Assembly (NCBI GenBank): GCA_003009755.1
Contig: PXUB01000027.1
Span: forward strand, 1-15,686
Direction: 5' to 3'
Length of the DNA: 15,686 nt
Source: Thermoplasmatales archaeon SW_10_69_26
Lineage (GTDB): Archaea; Thermoplasmatota; SW-10-69-26
In this document: positions 15,623 through 15,686 of the stretch, one piece after another
Position numbering within the stretch: the stretch's first letter is position 1
Layout: the number at the start of each line of letters is the position of its first letter
Translations under genes and position numbers: made by a program
Notes under the pieces: generated by a model
The model's input: the letters and a program-made list of their open reading frames with translations, nothing else
Databases searched by the model: none
Told to the model about the DNA's origin: nothing

Positions 15623-15686
15623 AACCTGGGAGCCCGGCAACCGAGAAGGCTTTTTTATCCTTACCGCAAGGAACCTGCGAATGCGG

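Overview
High-GC archaeal chromosomal segment with acidic proteins. The Lsm-rpl37e and rpoK-eno-rps2 gene orders, CCA-less tRNAs and GGTGA ribosome-binding sites indicate an archaeon; a halophilic Thermoplasmatota-like lineage is my inference. The left ~4.2 kb is a partly decayed accessory zone: MFS transporter, HxlR remnant, frameshifted surface protein, possible viral protease fragment and SWIM protein. The rest holds three minus-strand tRNAs (Ala-GGC, Val-GAC, Leu-CAA), an Lrp/AsnC RAM-domain protein with a long RGG/acidic disordered tail, a Cys-rich hypothetical, rpl37e, Lsm, a divergent pair of aldehyde dehydrogenases, two zinc-finger microproteins and rpoK-eno-rps2. Three things stand out. 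(1) An unannotated 45-codon ORF starting at CTG encodes a signal peptide plus a 15-residue two-Cys peptide, with a correctly spaced SD and a terminator-like element. (2) All three tRNAs share a CTTCTC(G/C)AC trailer followed by arrays of related hairpins; tRNA-Ala and tRNA-Leu also have direct and inverted copies of their own 3' ends, including two 113-bp units with a 72-bp insert in the tRNA-Ala T-loop copy. (3) The RAM-IDR fusion protein.
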